Assembly: GCF_001194135.2 (NCBI RefSeq)
Contig: NC_068981.1
Location: 22,165,386-22,199,836, forward strand
Length of the DNA: 34,451 bases
Source: Octopus bimaculoides
Taxonomy: Eukaryota
Direction: 5' to 3'
Shown here: piece by piece, positions 34,042 to 34,451 of the stretch
Position numbering within the stretch: the first letter of the stretch is position 1
Layout: every line of letters starts with the position of its first letter
Notes under the pieces: generated by a model
Told to the model about the DNA's origin: nothing
Databases searched by the model: none
The model's input: only the letters and a program-made list of their open reading frames with translations
Translations under genes and position numbers: made by a program

Positions 34042-34451
34042 AAGCTTTTAGATCAGGTAATGAAAGTCACGGAGAGGGTCATAGCTCAACTGCTTAGGGA
34101 GCGAGTCAGCTTAGATGAGATGCAGTTTGGGTTTGTGCCTGGGAAAAGCACCATTGATGCTATATTTCTGGTAAGACAGCTTCAGGAGAAATACCTAGCC
34201 AAGGATAAACCTCTGTTCCTGGCTTTCGTTGACATGGAGAAAGCCTTTGACAGGGTCCCCCTCTCATCTGGTGGTCAATGAGGAAACTAGGGATAGAAGA
34301 ATGGTTAGTGAGAGCTGTGTGAGCCATGTACAGAAACTCTGTCAGTAAGGTGAGGATTGGCAGAGAGTACAGTGAAGAATTCTGGGTGGAGGTAGGGGTC
34401 CACCAAGGTTCTGTCCTCAGCCCCCTTCTATTTATCATAGTTCTCCAGGCT
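34042..34451 (+). pseudogene. RTE reverse-transcriptase fragment running off the window end
   Basis: KLLDQVMKVTERVIAQLL..MQFGFVPGKSTIDAIFLVRQLQEKYL..AFVDMEKAFDRVP, then a frameshift, then LIWWSMRKLG...VGVHQGSVLSPLLFIIVL. Confidence 0.9.

Overview
AT-rich, microsatellite-laden eukaryotic (animal) genomic DNA with three assembly gaps. The SINE/RTE repertoire looks like a coleoid cephalopod, probably Octopus; this is inferred from recognised repeat families, not from a database hit. There are no prokaryotic features, rRNA, true tRNA genes or CRISPR arrays. The only confident host gene is the first coding exon of a TMEM64-like DedA/VTT-domain membrane protein on the minus strand (29150-28494, phase-0 GTAAGT donor), with a CpG-enriched promoter region to its right. 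I could not find its downstream exons, so most of the window may be intron 1. The rest is a mosaic of four tRNA-derived SINE families, RTE, CR1-like and R4-like LINE remnants, mariner and hAT (Buster/Charlie) remnants, and MITEs. The most notable items are: (i) a TIR-bounded, TATA-flanked element carrying a SAP-domain plus truncated SWIM-finger ORF, inserted in an old RTE; (ii) a GC-rich, tandemly duplicated ~138-bp unit with pseudoknot potential and hammerhead-core-like motifs; (iii) a palindrome cluster at 26.7 kb; (iv) several short templated fold-back inversions; (v) a five-fold tandem amplification of a SINE A-box. Repeat boundaries are read by eye and approximate unless TIR/TSD coordinates are given.
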